The notes beneath the pieces are model-generated. The model searched no databases. It was given only the letters and a program-made list of their open reading frames with translations, and had not been told where the DNA came from. A DNA stretch of 64,000 nucleotides, filler included, from an uncultured bacterium (GTDB lineage: Bacteria > CAYJRR01): NCBI GenBank assembly GCA_964372275.1. It is 4 parts of 4 records of this genome, joined end to end, with 100 filler letters (N's around TTAATTAATTAA, not from the genome) between each part and the next. Parts side by side here need not be neighbours in the genome. Positions count along the whole stretch, not along the records: positions 1 to 17,378 come from CAYJRR010000097.1; 3 more parts are not named here. One strand, 5' to 3'. The number at the start of each line of letters is the position of its first letter. Positions within the stretch are counted from its first letter, which is position 1. Both the position numbers and the translations under genes were made by a program. Shown here piece by piece: positions 1 to 8,931 of this stretch.

Positions 1-84
1 GACCGTGCCCGCGCCCGCGACCTGGCGGCGCTCGCCGACCTCGAGCTCGCGCTCGGAGAACCCCTTTTCGGAGACGAACGATGA
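1..84 (+). CDS. 3' end of probable TolC/CusC-family outer membrane efflux protein (partial)
   Basis: Frame 1 reads DRARARDLAALADLELALGEPLFGDER*, resembling the TolC C-terminal 'ALADLExAxG' pattern; its TGA overlaps the cusB ATG (ATGA, 81-84). Confidence 0.65.
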   Translation, partial: DRARARDLAALADLELALGEPLFGDER

Positions 85-1568
85 CGACCGACGAGACCAA
101 GGCCGCCGCGCTTCACGCCCACGACGAGGGGGACGAGCCTCCGCCCCCCGGCGTCCACGTGGCGGCGATCGTCCGCTGGGGGATCATCGCCGTCGCGCTG
201 CTGGCGGCGGCGTGGAGCGTTCTCTCCTGGCTGGGCTTCTTCGGCGCCGTCCGCGGGATGCTGGGCGGGCGCACCGGCCACGTCCACGAGCAGGGGGCGA
301 AGGCGATCTACCAGTGCCCGATGCACCCCGCGATCGTTTCCGACCGGCCGGGCGACTGCCCGATCTGCAGCATGAGCCTGGTGAAGGTGGAGCAGGCAGG
401 CTCGGACGAGCCGACCGAGGACGGGTCGCAGATTCCGGGATTGGCGACGGTGACCTTCACCGACGACAAGATCCAGAAGAGCGGCGTGACCACCGCCGTC
501 GTCGAGCGGGCGACGATCGCCGACCCGGTCCGCACCGTGGCGATGATCGCCGCCGACGAGGGGCGGATCCACAAGGTGCAGACGCGGTTCTCGGGTTGGG
601 TCGAGTCGCTCCGGGTCGCGGAGACCGGACAGAAGGTCTCGAAGGGGGAGGTGCTGGCCGCGATCTACAGTCGCGAGCTGTTCACCGCGCAGCAGGAGTA
701 TCTCCAGGCGCTCGCCTGGTCGAAGGACGGACCGGCGGTCTCCGAGGACCTCTCGCGCCACGCGCGGCAGCGCCTCGAGCTCCTGGGGATCGCCGGGCCT
801 GAGATCGAGGAGATCCGCCGCAAGGGGGAGCCGATCCGGGCGCTGCCGATCCGCGCGCCCGCCGGCGGGTACGTGACCTTCAAAGGGGCGGTGGAGGGGA
901 TCTTCATCGACCCCGGGGCCGAGCTGTTCGAGATCGCCGACCTCTCGCGCGTCTGGGCGTGGGCCGAGATCTACGAGCGGGACCTCCCCCGCGTGCGCGT
1001 CGGACAGCTGGCGGAGGTCACGGTCGCCTCCCTCCCCGGCAAGCGGTTCGCCGGGAAGATCGTCCTCCTCCAGCCGGTGGTCGATCCGCGCAGCCGGACG
1101 GTGCGGGCGCGGATCGAGCTGCCGAACCCGTCGCTCGAGCTCCGCCCCGGCCAATACGGCAACGCATCGATCGCCGCCGAGACGCGCGAGGGACTGGTGG
1201 TGCCGCGCGAGGCGCTGGTCGACACCGGCGAGCACCAGTACGTCTTCGTGGAGGTGTCGCCGGCGCGATTCCAGCCGCGCGTGGTGACGGCCGGCGAGCG
1301 CGGCGATCGGGTCCGGATCCTGGCCGGGCTCGCCGAAGGGGAACGGGTGGTGACCCGCGGCAACTTCCTGGTCGACTCCGAGAGCCGCCTGCGCGCGACG
1401 GCGCAGGCCGCGGCGGAGACCTCGGCGGGACGGCGCACCGACATCCCGATCGACCGTGAAAAGTATCCCGACAAGTACCGGGAGTGGCTGGAGTGCGAGC
1501 GCGTCCATCGCGGGATGGGGACGATGGAACAGGACTGCAAGAACGCCATCCCCGAGCCCTGGAAGTAG
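81..1568 (+). CDS. cusB: CusB-like RND periplasmic adaptor with heavy-metal-binding domain
   Basis: N-terminal TM, YQCPMHP...CPICSMSL metal-binding domain, MFP motifs (RFSGWVE, IRAPAGG, IADLSRVW, LRPG, GLAEGERVV, FLVDSES); directly upstream of a CusA-like gene. Confidence 0.92.
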   Translation: MTTDETKAAALHAHDEGDEPPPPGVHVAAIVRWGIIAVALLAAAWSVLSWLGFFGAVRGMLGGRTGHVHEQGAKAIYQCPMHPAIVSDRPGDCPICSMSLVKVEQAGSDEPTEDGSQIPGLATVTFTDDKIQKSGVTTAVVERATIADPVRTVAMIAADEGRIHKVQTRFSGWVESLRVAETGQKVSKGEVLAAIYSRELFTAQQEYLQALAWSKDGPAVSEDLSRHARQRLELLGIAGPEIEEIRRKGEPIRALPIRAPAGGYVTFKGAVEGIFIDPGAELFEIADLSRVWAWAEIYERDLPRVRVGQLAEVTVASLPGKRFAGKIVLLQPVVDPRSRTVRARIELPNPSLELRPGQYGNASIAAETREGLVVPREALVDTGEHQYVFVEVSPARFQPRVVTAGERGDRVRILAGLAEGERVVTRGNFLVDSESRLRATAQAAAETSAGRRTDIPIDREKYPDKYREWLECERVHRGMGTMEQDCKNAIPEPWK

Positions 1569-1577
1569 GAGGCCGCC

Positions 1578-4500
1578 GTGATCGAAAAGATCATCGAACT
1601 CTCCGCGCGCAACCGCTTCCTGGTGCTGCTCCTGACCGCGTTCGCGGCGGTAGCCGGGTGGTGGTCGTTCCGGAACACGCCGGTCGACGCCATCCCCGAC
1701 CTCTCCGATCCGCAGGTGATCGTCTTCACCGAGTGGATGGGGCGCAGTCCGACGCTGGTCGAGGACCAGGTGACCTATCCGATCGTGTCGGGCCTCCTGG
1801 CCGCGCCGAAGGTCACCGACGTGCGCGGCTTCTCGATGTTCGGGATGAGCTTCATCTACGTCGTCTTCGAAGAGGGGACCGACCTCTATTGGGCACGCTC
1901 GCGCGTGCTCGAGTACCTGAGCGCGATCCAGCGGACGTTGCCCGCCGACGCCGCGCCGACGCTCGGTCCCGACGCCACCGGGATCGGGTGGGTCTTCTCG
2001 TACGCGCTGGTCGACCGGAGCGGGAAGCACGACCTCGCCGATCTGCGCACCTTCCAGGACTTCTCGCTTCGCTACGCGGTCGCGTCGGTCCCGGGCGTGG
2101 CGGAGGTCGCCTCGGTCGGCGGTTACCAGAAGCAGTACCAGGTCACGGTCGATCCCGACCGGCTGCGTGGGTACGACGTGACCCTGCCGGAGGTGGTCTC
2201 GGCGATCCGGCGCAGCAACAGCGACGTCGGTGGCCGCATCGTCGAGATGAGCCAGCGCGAGTACTACGTGCGCGGGCGCGGCTACGTGACCGACCTCGCC
2301 GACGTGGAGAACGTGGTCGTCCGCGCCACCGAAGGGGGGACGCCGATCCTGGTGAAGGACGTCGGCGAGGTCCGTTTCGGGCCCGACATCCGGCGGGGGC
2401 TCGCGGAGCTCGACGGCAACGGCGAGACGGTCGGCGCGATCGTCGTGATGCGGTACGGCGAGAACGCGCGCGAGGTGATCGAGCGCGTGAAGCGGAAGCT
2501 CGAAGAGGCCAAGAGCTCCTTCCCCGACGGCGTGGAGGCGGTCGTCACCTACGACCGGTCGAGCCTGATCGACCGCGCGGCGGAGACCCTGAACCACGCG
2601 CTCCTGGAGGAGATGCTGGTCGTCGCGCTGGTGATCGGCCTGTTCCTCCTCCATGCGCGGAGCACGCTGGTGGCGGCGATCGCCATCCCGCTCGGGGTGC
2701 TGATCTCCTTCGTGCCGATGCGGCTGACCGGCATGACCAGCAACATCATGAGCCTGGGCGGGATCGCGATCGCCATCGGAGCCATGGTCGACGCGGCGAT
2801 CGTGATGGTGGAGAACGCCCACAAGCGCCTGGAGCACGCACCGCCCGGCGCGAATCGCCGCGAGGTGCTGATCGAGGCGGCGAAGGAGGCGGGACCCGCG
2901 ATCTTCTTCTCGCTCTTGATCATCACCGTCGCCTTCCTGCCGATCTTCACCCTCCCCGGCCAGGGCGGGCGCCTCTTCAAGCCGCTCGCCTACACGAAGA
3001 CCTTCGTCATGGCGGCCGGCGCGCTTCTCTCGATCACGCTGATCCCGGCGCTGCTCGAGCTGTTCGTCCGCGGAAAGATCCACCCGGAGGCGCGGCACCC
3101 GGTGTCGAAGTTCGTCATCCGCGGTTACGAGCCGTTCGTGTACGTGGCGCTTCGCAATCCGAAGACCACGGTGCTGATCGGTTTGGCCGCGCTGGTCTCG
3201 GCGGTGCCCCTCTTCCTGCGGCTCGGGTCCGAGTTCATGCCCCCCTTGAACGAAGGGGACATGCTCTACATGCCGATCACCTATCCGAACATCTCGCTGG
3301 AGGAGGCCAAGTCGCAGCTCCAGCTCCAGGACCGGATCCTCCGGGAGACGCCGGAGGTGAAGAGCGTCTTCGGCAAGGTCGGGCGCGCGGAGAGCCCCAC
3401 CGACCCGGCGCCGATCACCATGGTCGAGACCGTGGTGCAGCTCAAACCGACCGAGGAATGGCGCACGATCCACGTCGATCGCTGGTGGTCGTTCCTCCCG
3501 TCGTTCCTCGAGCCGCCGTTCCGCCTCGTCTGGCCGGACGAGCGGCGCATCGGATGGCAGGAGCTGATCCAGGACCTCGACATGAAGATGCAGTTCCCGG
3601 GGTGGACCAACGCCTGGACGATGCCGATCAAGACGCGGGTCGACATGTTGACCACCGGGATCCGCACCCCGATCGGGATCAAGGTGTTCGGCAAGGACCT
3701 GGACGAGATCGAGCGCATCGGGATCGACCTGGAGTCGGTGATCGCCCCGATCCCGGGAACGCGCAGCGTCCTCTACGAGCGGAACCTCGGCGGCCTCTAC
3801 ATCGACATCGTCCCCCGGCGCGAGGCGCTCGCGCGCCACGGCCTCACCGTCGGCGACGTGCAGGAGATCATCGAAGCGGCGCTCGGCGGGAGCGTCGTCA
3901 CCACCACCGTCGAAGGGCGGAACCGGTTCAGCGTGAACGTCCGCTATCCGCGCGATCTGCGCGACGACCTCGACCGGATCCGGGAGATCCTGGTCCCGAT
4001 CGGCGGATCGCCGGGGGGCGGCGGAACGAACGGGATGAACGGGATGAAGGGGGCCGACGCGAGACCGGCATCGCCGCCGTCGACGCGTCTCGCGGACGGC
4101 GCGAGGAGATGGCCGCCGCGAGGGATCCTCTTGGCGCAGATGGAGATGGGCGGAGGTCGCCAGGGGGGCGTGTCGACGTCGAGGCCCGGGCTCCCCGAGA
4201 TCGGCGGGATGGCGACCGATGCCATGCCGGCGATGCCCACGATGCGCCCGATGAACGACGGGATGGCGGAGAGCGGGATGCGCCCGATGCCCGGCGGAGC
4301 CGGCGCGTCGGCCGCCGGGGGGTCCCGCTCCGGCCCGGGCGCCACTTCGAGCCGCGTCGCGCACGTCCCGCTCGGCCAGCTCGCCGACGTGCGGATCGTG
4401 GGCGGCCCGCCGATGGTGCGGGACGAGGACGGTCTGCTCGTCGGTTACGTCTACGTCGACATCGACCTGGCGCAGCGCGACATCGGCGGCTACGTGCACG

Positions 4501-5375
4501 AGGCCAAGGCGGCGGTGGAGGAGGCACGGAAAGCGGGGCGACTGGGACTGCCGAGCGGCTACTACCTGAAGTGGACCGGTCAGTACGAGCTGCTGGAGGA
4601 GATGGTGCGGCGCATGAAGGTGGTGGTGCCGCTCACCTTCGGGATCGTGGTGCTGCTGCTCTTCCTCCACTTCCGGAACGTCCTGGAGGTGCTGATCGTC
4701 CTGCTGTCGATCCCGTTCGCGCTCGTCGGGAGCGTCTGGCTCCTCTACCTGCTCGACTACCGGCTGTCGACGGCGGTGTGGGTCGGCATCATCGCGTTGG
4801 TCGGTCTCGCCGCGCAGACGGGGATCGTGATGATCGTCTACATCGACCACGCCTACGAGCGGCGGAAGCGCGCGGGGAAGATCCGCGATCTCTACGACAT
4901 CATCCGCGCCCACACCGAAGGGACGGTGCAGCGCGTCCGCCCGAAGCTGATGACCGTCTCGACGATGCTCATCGGGTTGGTCCCGCTCCTCTGGGCCTCC
5001 GGAAGCGGCGCCGACGTGATGAAGCGGATCGCGGCGCCGATGGTCGGGGGACTGCTCACCTCGGCCTTCCTGACGCTGGAGATCATCCCGGTGATCTACA
5101 CCTACTGGCGCCGGGAGCAGCTCCTGTGGGAACGGCTCGAGGAGCGGCGGGACGAGGGCCTCGCGCGGCTGAAGGTCTTCGCCTACGGTCTGGCGGCGGT
5201 GGGAACGGCGTTTGCCGGAATCGGCGTCCTGGCGATCGTGCTCTCGCTCTCGCGAACCTGGGCCGCGACGCTTTCCATCGGCTTGATCCTGCTCGGCGCC
5301 GCCGGCATTGCCGGCTACGTGCGCGAGCGCGCGCCGGCGGTGCGCGCGCTGGCCGCGGCCAAGGTGCGGTGGTGA
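1578..5375 (+). CDS. cusA: CusA/CzcA-family heavy-metal efflux RND permease (Cu/Ag type)
   Basis: VDAIPDLSDPQVIVFTEW, GPDATGIGWV, NIMSLGGIAIAIGAMVDAAIVMVEN, GSEFMPPLNEG, MPIKTRVDM, RPKLMT; GTG start preceded by AGGAGG. Confidence 0.95.
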   Translation: MIEKIIELSARNRFLVLLLTAFAAVAGWWSFRNTPVDAIPDLSDPQVIVFTEWMGRSPTLVEDQVTYPIVSGLLAAPKVTDVRGFSMFGMSFIYVVFEEGTDLYWARSRVLEYLSAIQRTLPADAAPTLGPDATGIGWVFSYALVDRSGKHDLADLRTFQDFSLRYAVASVPGVAEVASVGGYQKQYQVTVDPDRLRGYDVTLPEVVSAIRRSNSDVGGRIVEMSQREYYVRGRGYVTDLADVENVVVRATEGGTPILVKDVGEVRFGPDIRRGLAELDGNGETVGAIVVMRYGENAREVIERVKRKLEEAKSSFPDGVEAVVTYDRSSLIDRAAETLNHALLEEMLVVALVIGLFLLHARSTLVAAIAIPLGVLISFVPMRLTGMTSNIMSLGGIAIAIGAMVDAAIVMVENAHKRLEHAPPGANRREVLIEAAKEAGPAIFFSLLIITVAFLPIFTLPGQGGRLFKPLAYTKTFVMAAGALLSITLIPALLELFVRGKIHPEARHPVSKFVIRGYEPFVYVALRNPKTTVLIGLAALVSAVPLFLRLGSEFMPPLNEGDMLYMPITYPNISLEEAKSQLQLQDRILRETPEVKSVFGKVGRAESPTDPAPITMVETVVQLKPTEEWRTIHVDRWWSFLPSFLEPPFRLVWPDERRIGWQELIQDLDMKMQFPGWTNAWTMPIKTRVDMLTTGIRTPIGIKVFGKDLDEIERIGIDLESVIAPIPGTRSVLYERNLGGLYIDIVPRREALARHGLTVGDVQEIIEAALGGSVVTTTVEGRNRFSVNVRYPRDLRDDLDRIREILVPIGGSPGGGGTNGMNGMKGADARPASPPSTRLADGARRWPPRGILLAQMEMGGGRQGGVSTSRPGLPEIGGMATDAMPAMPTMRPMNDGMAESGMRPMPGGAGASAAGGSRSGPGATSSRVAHVPLGQLADVRIVGGPPMVRDEDGLLVGYVYVDIDLAQRDIGGYVHEAKAAVEEARKAGRLGLPSGYYLKWTGQYELLEEMVRRMKVVVPLTFGIVVLLLFLHFRNVLEVLIVLLSIPFALVGSVWLLYLLDYRLSTAVWVGIIALVGLAAQTGIVMIVYIDHAYERRKRAGKIRDLYDIIRAHTEGTVQRVRPKLMTVSTMLIGLVPLLWASGSGADVMKRIAAPMVGGLLTSAFLTLEIIPVIYTYWRREQLLWERLEERRDEGLARLKVFAYGLAAVGTAFAGIGVLAIVLSLSRTWAATLSIGLILLGAAGIAGYVRERAPAVRALAAAKVRW

Positions 5376-6400
5376 CGCGGCGGGCGCAGCTTGGAAGCGG
5401 ATGGTCGTTCGCGGTGGTGACGCGCCGATTGCGGCTCCGGAACCGGGCGTCGCCCGCCGCTGCCGCGGCGATCGCGGGAGCGCTCGCGGCGACGATCGCG
5501 GCACCGGCGACGGCCATTGCGGACGGCGACCCGAGCGAGCCGTGTCACCTGCTCTGCGTGAACGACGCCGGCCGGACCGAGGCCCCCGCGCGCGGGGAGC
5601 GGCCCCCCGGAGGGCGATTCCTCGTCCGCGTGTCGACCGCCTACCTGGAGCCGATCGGGATCTACGCCGAGCGCCGCTACCTCGCGCGGCCGCCCGGCAG
5701 TCGCGCCTTCGCCGTGCAGGTCGTCCCCTCGGTGACCTGGCTTCCGCGCCGCGATCTCGCCGTGACCGCCGGCGGGTCGGTGGAGCACAACCGATCGCGG
5801 GGCGTGGTGCTGCCGACCCTCCTCCCGCGGGACGAACCCCACGCCGAGACGGCCCCCGGGCGGCCGTTCATCTCGATCCGGACGCTTCTTGCGCCGTCGG
5901 CCGGCGCCGAGCCGTGGATCGGCCTCGGCTACGCCCTCTCCGATCCGATCGGCACCGTGGCGGTCGAAGAGTCGCTGCGGACGACGCCGCAGACCGGGGT
6001 CGAAGCGCTCGGCGTCGGCACCGACGACCTCTACGTCACCGGCGAGCTGTTCGCCCGGCCGAGACCGGGATGGGAGGCGTCGACGCGCGGCGAGCTGCGC
6101 CTCCACGCGCTGCCGCGGGGCGAACGTCTCTACGCCACCACCGTCGCCTACGGCGCCTGGCTCGGACGCGAGCTCGACCCGGCCTGGACCGTCGGCCTCC
6201 TCGCCGGCGGATACCGCACGATCTTCCACACCCTCCCGATCCAGCAGGCGACGGTGCTCGCGGTCACGCCGACGGTTTCCCGGAGGATCGGTCGCAGCCG
6301 CATCTCGATCGGCGTCGGCGGCACCCTTCCCGGAGCCGCCCTCAACCGGAACGCGCTCCGGATCGTCACGATGCAAGCGGCGGTCGACGCGGCCTTCTAG
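5372..6400 (+). CDS. Hypothetical exported protein, probable outer-membrane beta-barrel
   Basis: Distal part of ORF 1484..6400; GTG overlaps the cusA stop (GTGA); Ala-rich signal-like segment, alternating beta-strand-like patterns, terminal Phe (DAAF). Start could be a later GTG near 5414-5417. Confidence 0.6.
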   Translation: MTRRAQLGSGWSFAVVTRRLRLRNRASPAAAAAIAGALAATIAAPATAIADGDPSEPCHLLCVNDAGRTEAPARGERPPGGRFLVRVSTAYLEPIGIYAERRYLARPPGSRAFAVQVVPSVTWLPRRDLAVTAGGSVEHNRSRGVVLPTLLPRDEPHAETAPGRPFISIRTLLAPSAGAEPWIGLGYALSDPIGTVAVEESLRTTPQTGVEALGVGTDDLYVTGELFARPRPGWEASTRGELRLHALPRGERLYATTVAYGAWLGRELDPAWTVGLLAGGYRTIFHTLPIQQATVLAVTPTVSRRIGRSRISIGVGGTLPGAALNRNALRIVTMQAAVDAAF

Positions 6401-6412
6401 GCGGGATCGAAG

Positions 6413-7816
6413 TCACGCGGCCCGGCGATCCTCGACGCGCATCGAGCGGCCCGGGCCGGCCAGCCCGACGTACGCCACCAGCAGCGCGGCGACGACGGCG
6501 ATCCCCAGCGCCAACCCCCACCACAATCCGGCAAGTCCGAACCCGGCGCGGAGCGAGAGCCACCAGGCGAGCGGCAGCGCGATCAGGTAGTAGCCGACGA
6601 AGTTGAACCACGCCGCCGGCCGGGTGCGGCCCATGCCGCGCAGGATCCCGCCCCCGACCACCTGCACGCCGTCGAACAGCTGGAAGGCGGCGGCGATCGG
6701 AAGGAGGCCGGCCGCGGCCGCCGCCACCTCGAGATCCGGGGTGTAGATCCGCGGGAGTCCTTCCCGGAACAGCAGGAAGAGCGCCGCCGACGCCACCATC
6801 ACCGCCGCGCCGAGCGCGAAGGCGACCCACGCGCTCCGCTGCGCGCCGGCCGGATCGCCCGCGCCGATCCGATTCCCGACCAGCGCCGCCGCACCGATCG
6901 AGATCCCGAGCGGTACCATGAACGAGACGGCCGCCAGATTCAGCACGACCGAGTGCGCGCCGAGCGGCGCCGTCCCCATCTTCCCCGCGAAAAAGGTCGC
7001 CGCGTGGAAGGCCCACATCTCGAGGCCCAGCTGCACGCCGACCGGGATCCCGAACCGGAGGACCGTCGCCAGCCCGGCGGCGCGGAACGACTCCCGACTC
7101 CACGGCGTCCAGGCGCCGCGGTGGAGGCCGAAGAGCGCGATCCAGGCGGCGAGTCCCGCCCCCATCAGCAGGCGGGTGAGGGCGCTGCTGACGCCGGCCC
7201 CCACGAGTCCCATCGCCGGAAATCCGAGATGGCCGAAGATGAAGACCCAGTTGAGGGCGGCGTTGGCGACGTTGGCGATCAGCACGATCCACAGCGGCGG
7301 CAAGGTCCTCCCTTGCGCCATCAGGTACTGCCGCAAGGCGATGAACCCGAGGAATCCGGGGATGCTCACGATCTGCACGCGCACGTAGCGGTGGGCTTCG
7401 GCAGCGATGGCCGGATCCTGTCCAAGGAGCCTCAACCCCGGCTCCGTCAGCGCCCAGGCGATCCCCACCCCCACGCTCGCGAGGAGCGCGACGACCAGGC
7501 CCCGCTGCAGACCCAGCGCGACGCCGCGGCCGTCGCGCGCGCCGTGCGCCTGCGAGACGATCGGGTCGATCCCGAGGACGATCCCCATGCCGACGATCAG
7601 CGTCCCCATGATCCAGGCGTTCGCCACCGCCGACGCCGCCAGCGCCGTCCGGCTGACGCGCGCCACCATCAGCATGTCGACGACACCCAAGCCCATCATC
7701 CCGAGCTGCGCGACGATCACCGGGAAGGCGAGGCGGGTGAGCGAGCGCGCGTCGGCCCACGCGGCCGGCCAGGACCGCGCGGCCGCCGCAGGGGTCGCCA
7801 TCGCCGACGGATTCAT
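6413..7816 (-). CDS. MATE family multidrug efflux transporter (NorM-like)
   Basis: LAFPVIVAQLGMMGLGVVDMLMV, DPIVSQAHGA, FMVPLGISIGAAALVG, FQLFDGVQVVGGGILRGMG; ATG at 7816 overlaps the upstream stop. Confidence 0.93.
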   Translation of the reverse strand: MNPSAMATPAAAARSWPAAWADARSLTRLAFPVIVAQLGMMGLGVVDMLMVARVSRTALAASAVANAWIMGTLIVGMGIVLGIDPIVSQAHGARDGRGVALGLQRGLVVALLASVGVGIAWALTEPGLRLLGQDPAIAAEAHRYVRVQIVSIPGFLGFIALRQYLMAQGRTLPPLWIVLIANVANAALNWVFIFGHLGFPAMGLVGAGVSSALTRLLMGAGLAAWIALFGLHRGAWTPWSRESFRAAGLATVLRFGIPVGVQLGLEMWAFHAATFFAGKMGTAPLGAHSVVLNLAAVSFMVPLGISIGAAALVGNRIGAGDPAGAQRSAWVAFALGAAVMVASAALFLLFREGLPRIYTPDLEVAAAAAGLLPIAAAFQLFDGVQVVGGGILRGMGRTRPAAWFNFVGYYLIALPLAWWLSLRAGFGLAGLWWGLALGIAVVAALLVAYVGLAGPGRSMRVEDRRAA

Positions 7817-8889
7817 GATCCCTCGCAGCGGGTCGCGGCCAGCATCCCGCACGCCGCGTGGCGGGACGCGCCTCCCGAATAGCGGCGCACGACCGGGACC
7901 CCCAGCACCTGAAGCCGGTCGACGAAGGCGAGCCGCTCGGCGTCGGACGCGCGGCGATACCCGTCGGGCCGGTGGTCGTTCACGTCGATCAGATTGATCC
8001 GCAGCTTCACGTCGCCGAGGAGCGCCCGCAGCCCCTCGACCTCCTCCCGCCCGGTGTTGATCCCCGACATCAACACCCAGGCGATCGTGACCCGGTCGCG
8101 GCAGGACGCGGCGTACTCGCGGATCGCCTCCGCCAACTCCTCGAGCGACCACCGCGAGGCGATCGGCAACAGCGATGCGCGGCGTCCGGGAACGGCCGAG
8201 GTCAACGACACGATCAGCCGGAACGGATGCCGCTCGCGCGCGTATCGGCGGATCTGCGGGACGAGACCCACCGTGGAGAGCGTGATCCCCTTCCCGGGGA
8301 TCCGGCCGCCGCAGGGGTGGGAGAGGATCCGCGCGGCGCGGATCACCGCGTCGTAGTTGTGCAGCGGCTCCCCCTGCCCCATGAAGACCGCGCCGGTGAC
8401 GCGACCGGGGGCCTCGTCGCGCACCGCGCGGAACGCCTCCACCATCTCCCAGGCCTCGAGGTGGCGCGCCAGCCCCAGCCTTCCGGTCGCGCAGAAGTCG
8501 CACTTCATCCCGCAACCGACCTGCGAGGAGAGGCAGACGCTGAACCGCCCGCTGCGCTCGAGGGGGATGCGAACCGCCTCGCTCGACAGGCCGTCCCGGT
8601 GGCGGAAGAGGTACTTCACGAACCCGTCGCCGGGATCGGTCGTGCGCTCCACCACCTCCAGCGTGCTCCGGTCGAAGATCGCGTCGACCGACGCGCGAAG
8701 CGCGCGGGAGAGCGGACGGCGCGCCGCGTCCTTGGCCGCCGTCGGCGAGAGGGCGTGCGCGAGGATCCGGCGCGCCTCGTCGTCGCGGGTGGCCACGCCG
8801 TTCCGGGCCAGGACGGCACCGATCTCGTCGGGAAACGACGCCGACAGGTGCGGTCGGATCGACGGATCGGAGGCGGCGATGGCGCTCAC
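7813..8889 (-). CDS. RlmN/Cfr-family radical SAM RNA methyltransferase (divergent paralog)
   Basis: DGFVKYLF, VCLSSQVGCGMKCDFCATG (CxxxCxxC), FMGQGEPLHN, ITLSTVG, C-terminal AACGML. Confidence 0.88.
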   Translation of the reverse strand: MSAIAASDPSIRPHLSASFPDEIGAVLARNGVATRDDEARRILAHALSPTAAKDAARRPLSRALRASVDAIFDRSTLEVVERTTDPGDGFVKYLFRHRDGLSSEAVRIPLERSGRFSVCLSSQVGCGMKCDFCATGRLGLARHLEAWEMVEAFRAVRDEAPGRVTGAVFMGQGEPLHNYDAVIRAARILSHPCGGRIPGKGITLSTVGLVPQIRRYARERHPFRLIVSLTSAVPGRRASLLPIASRWSLEELAEAIREYAASCRDRVTIAWVLMSGINTGREEVEGLRALLGDVKLRINLIDVNDHRPDGYRRASDAERLAFVDRLQVLGVPVVRRYSGGASRHAACGMLAATRCEGS

Positions 8890-8931
8890 GGAACGCCCAT
8901 TGGCTCGAAGGCGCGCGCCGAAGGCAAGAAC

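Noticed and set aside
1484..5371. 1638-aa ORF 1484..6400 as one gene, and other long overlapping or antisense ORFs (e.g. 10760..14698, 23104..26166, 46187..49186, 52360..55272)
   Set aside because: These are Arg/Pro/Gly-rich shadow frames of real genes in high-GC DNA; only 5372..6400 of the first looks protein-like.
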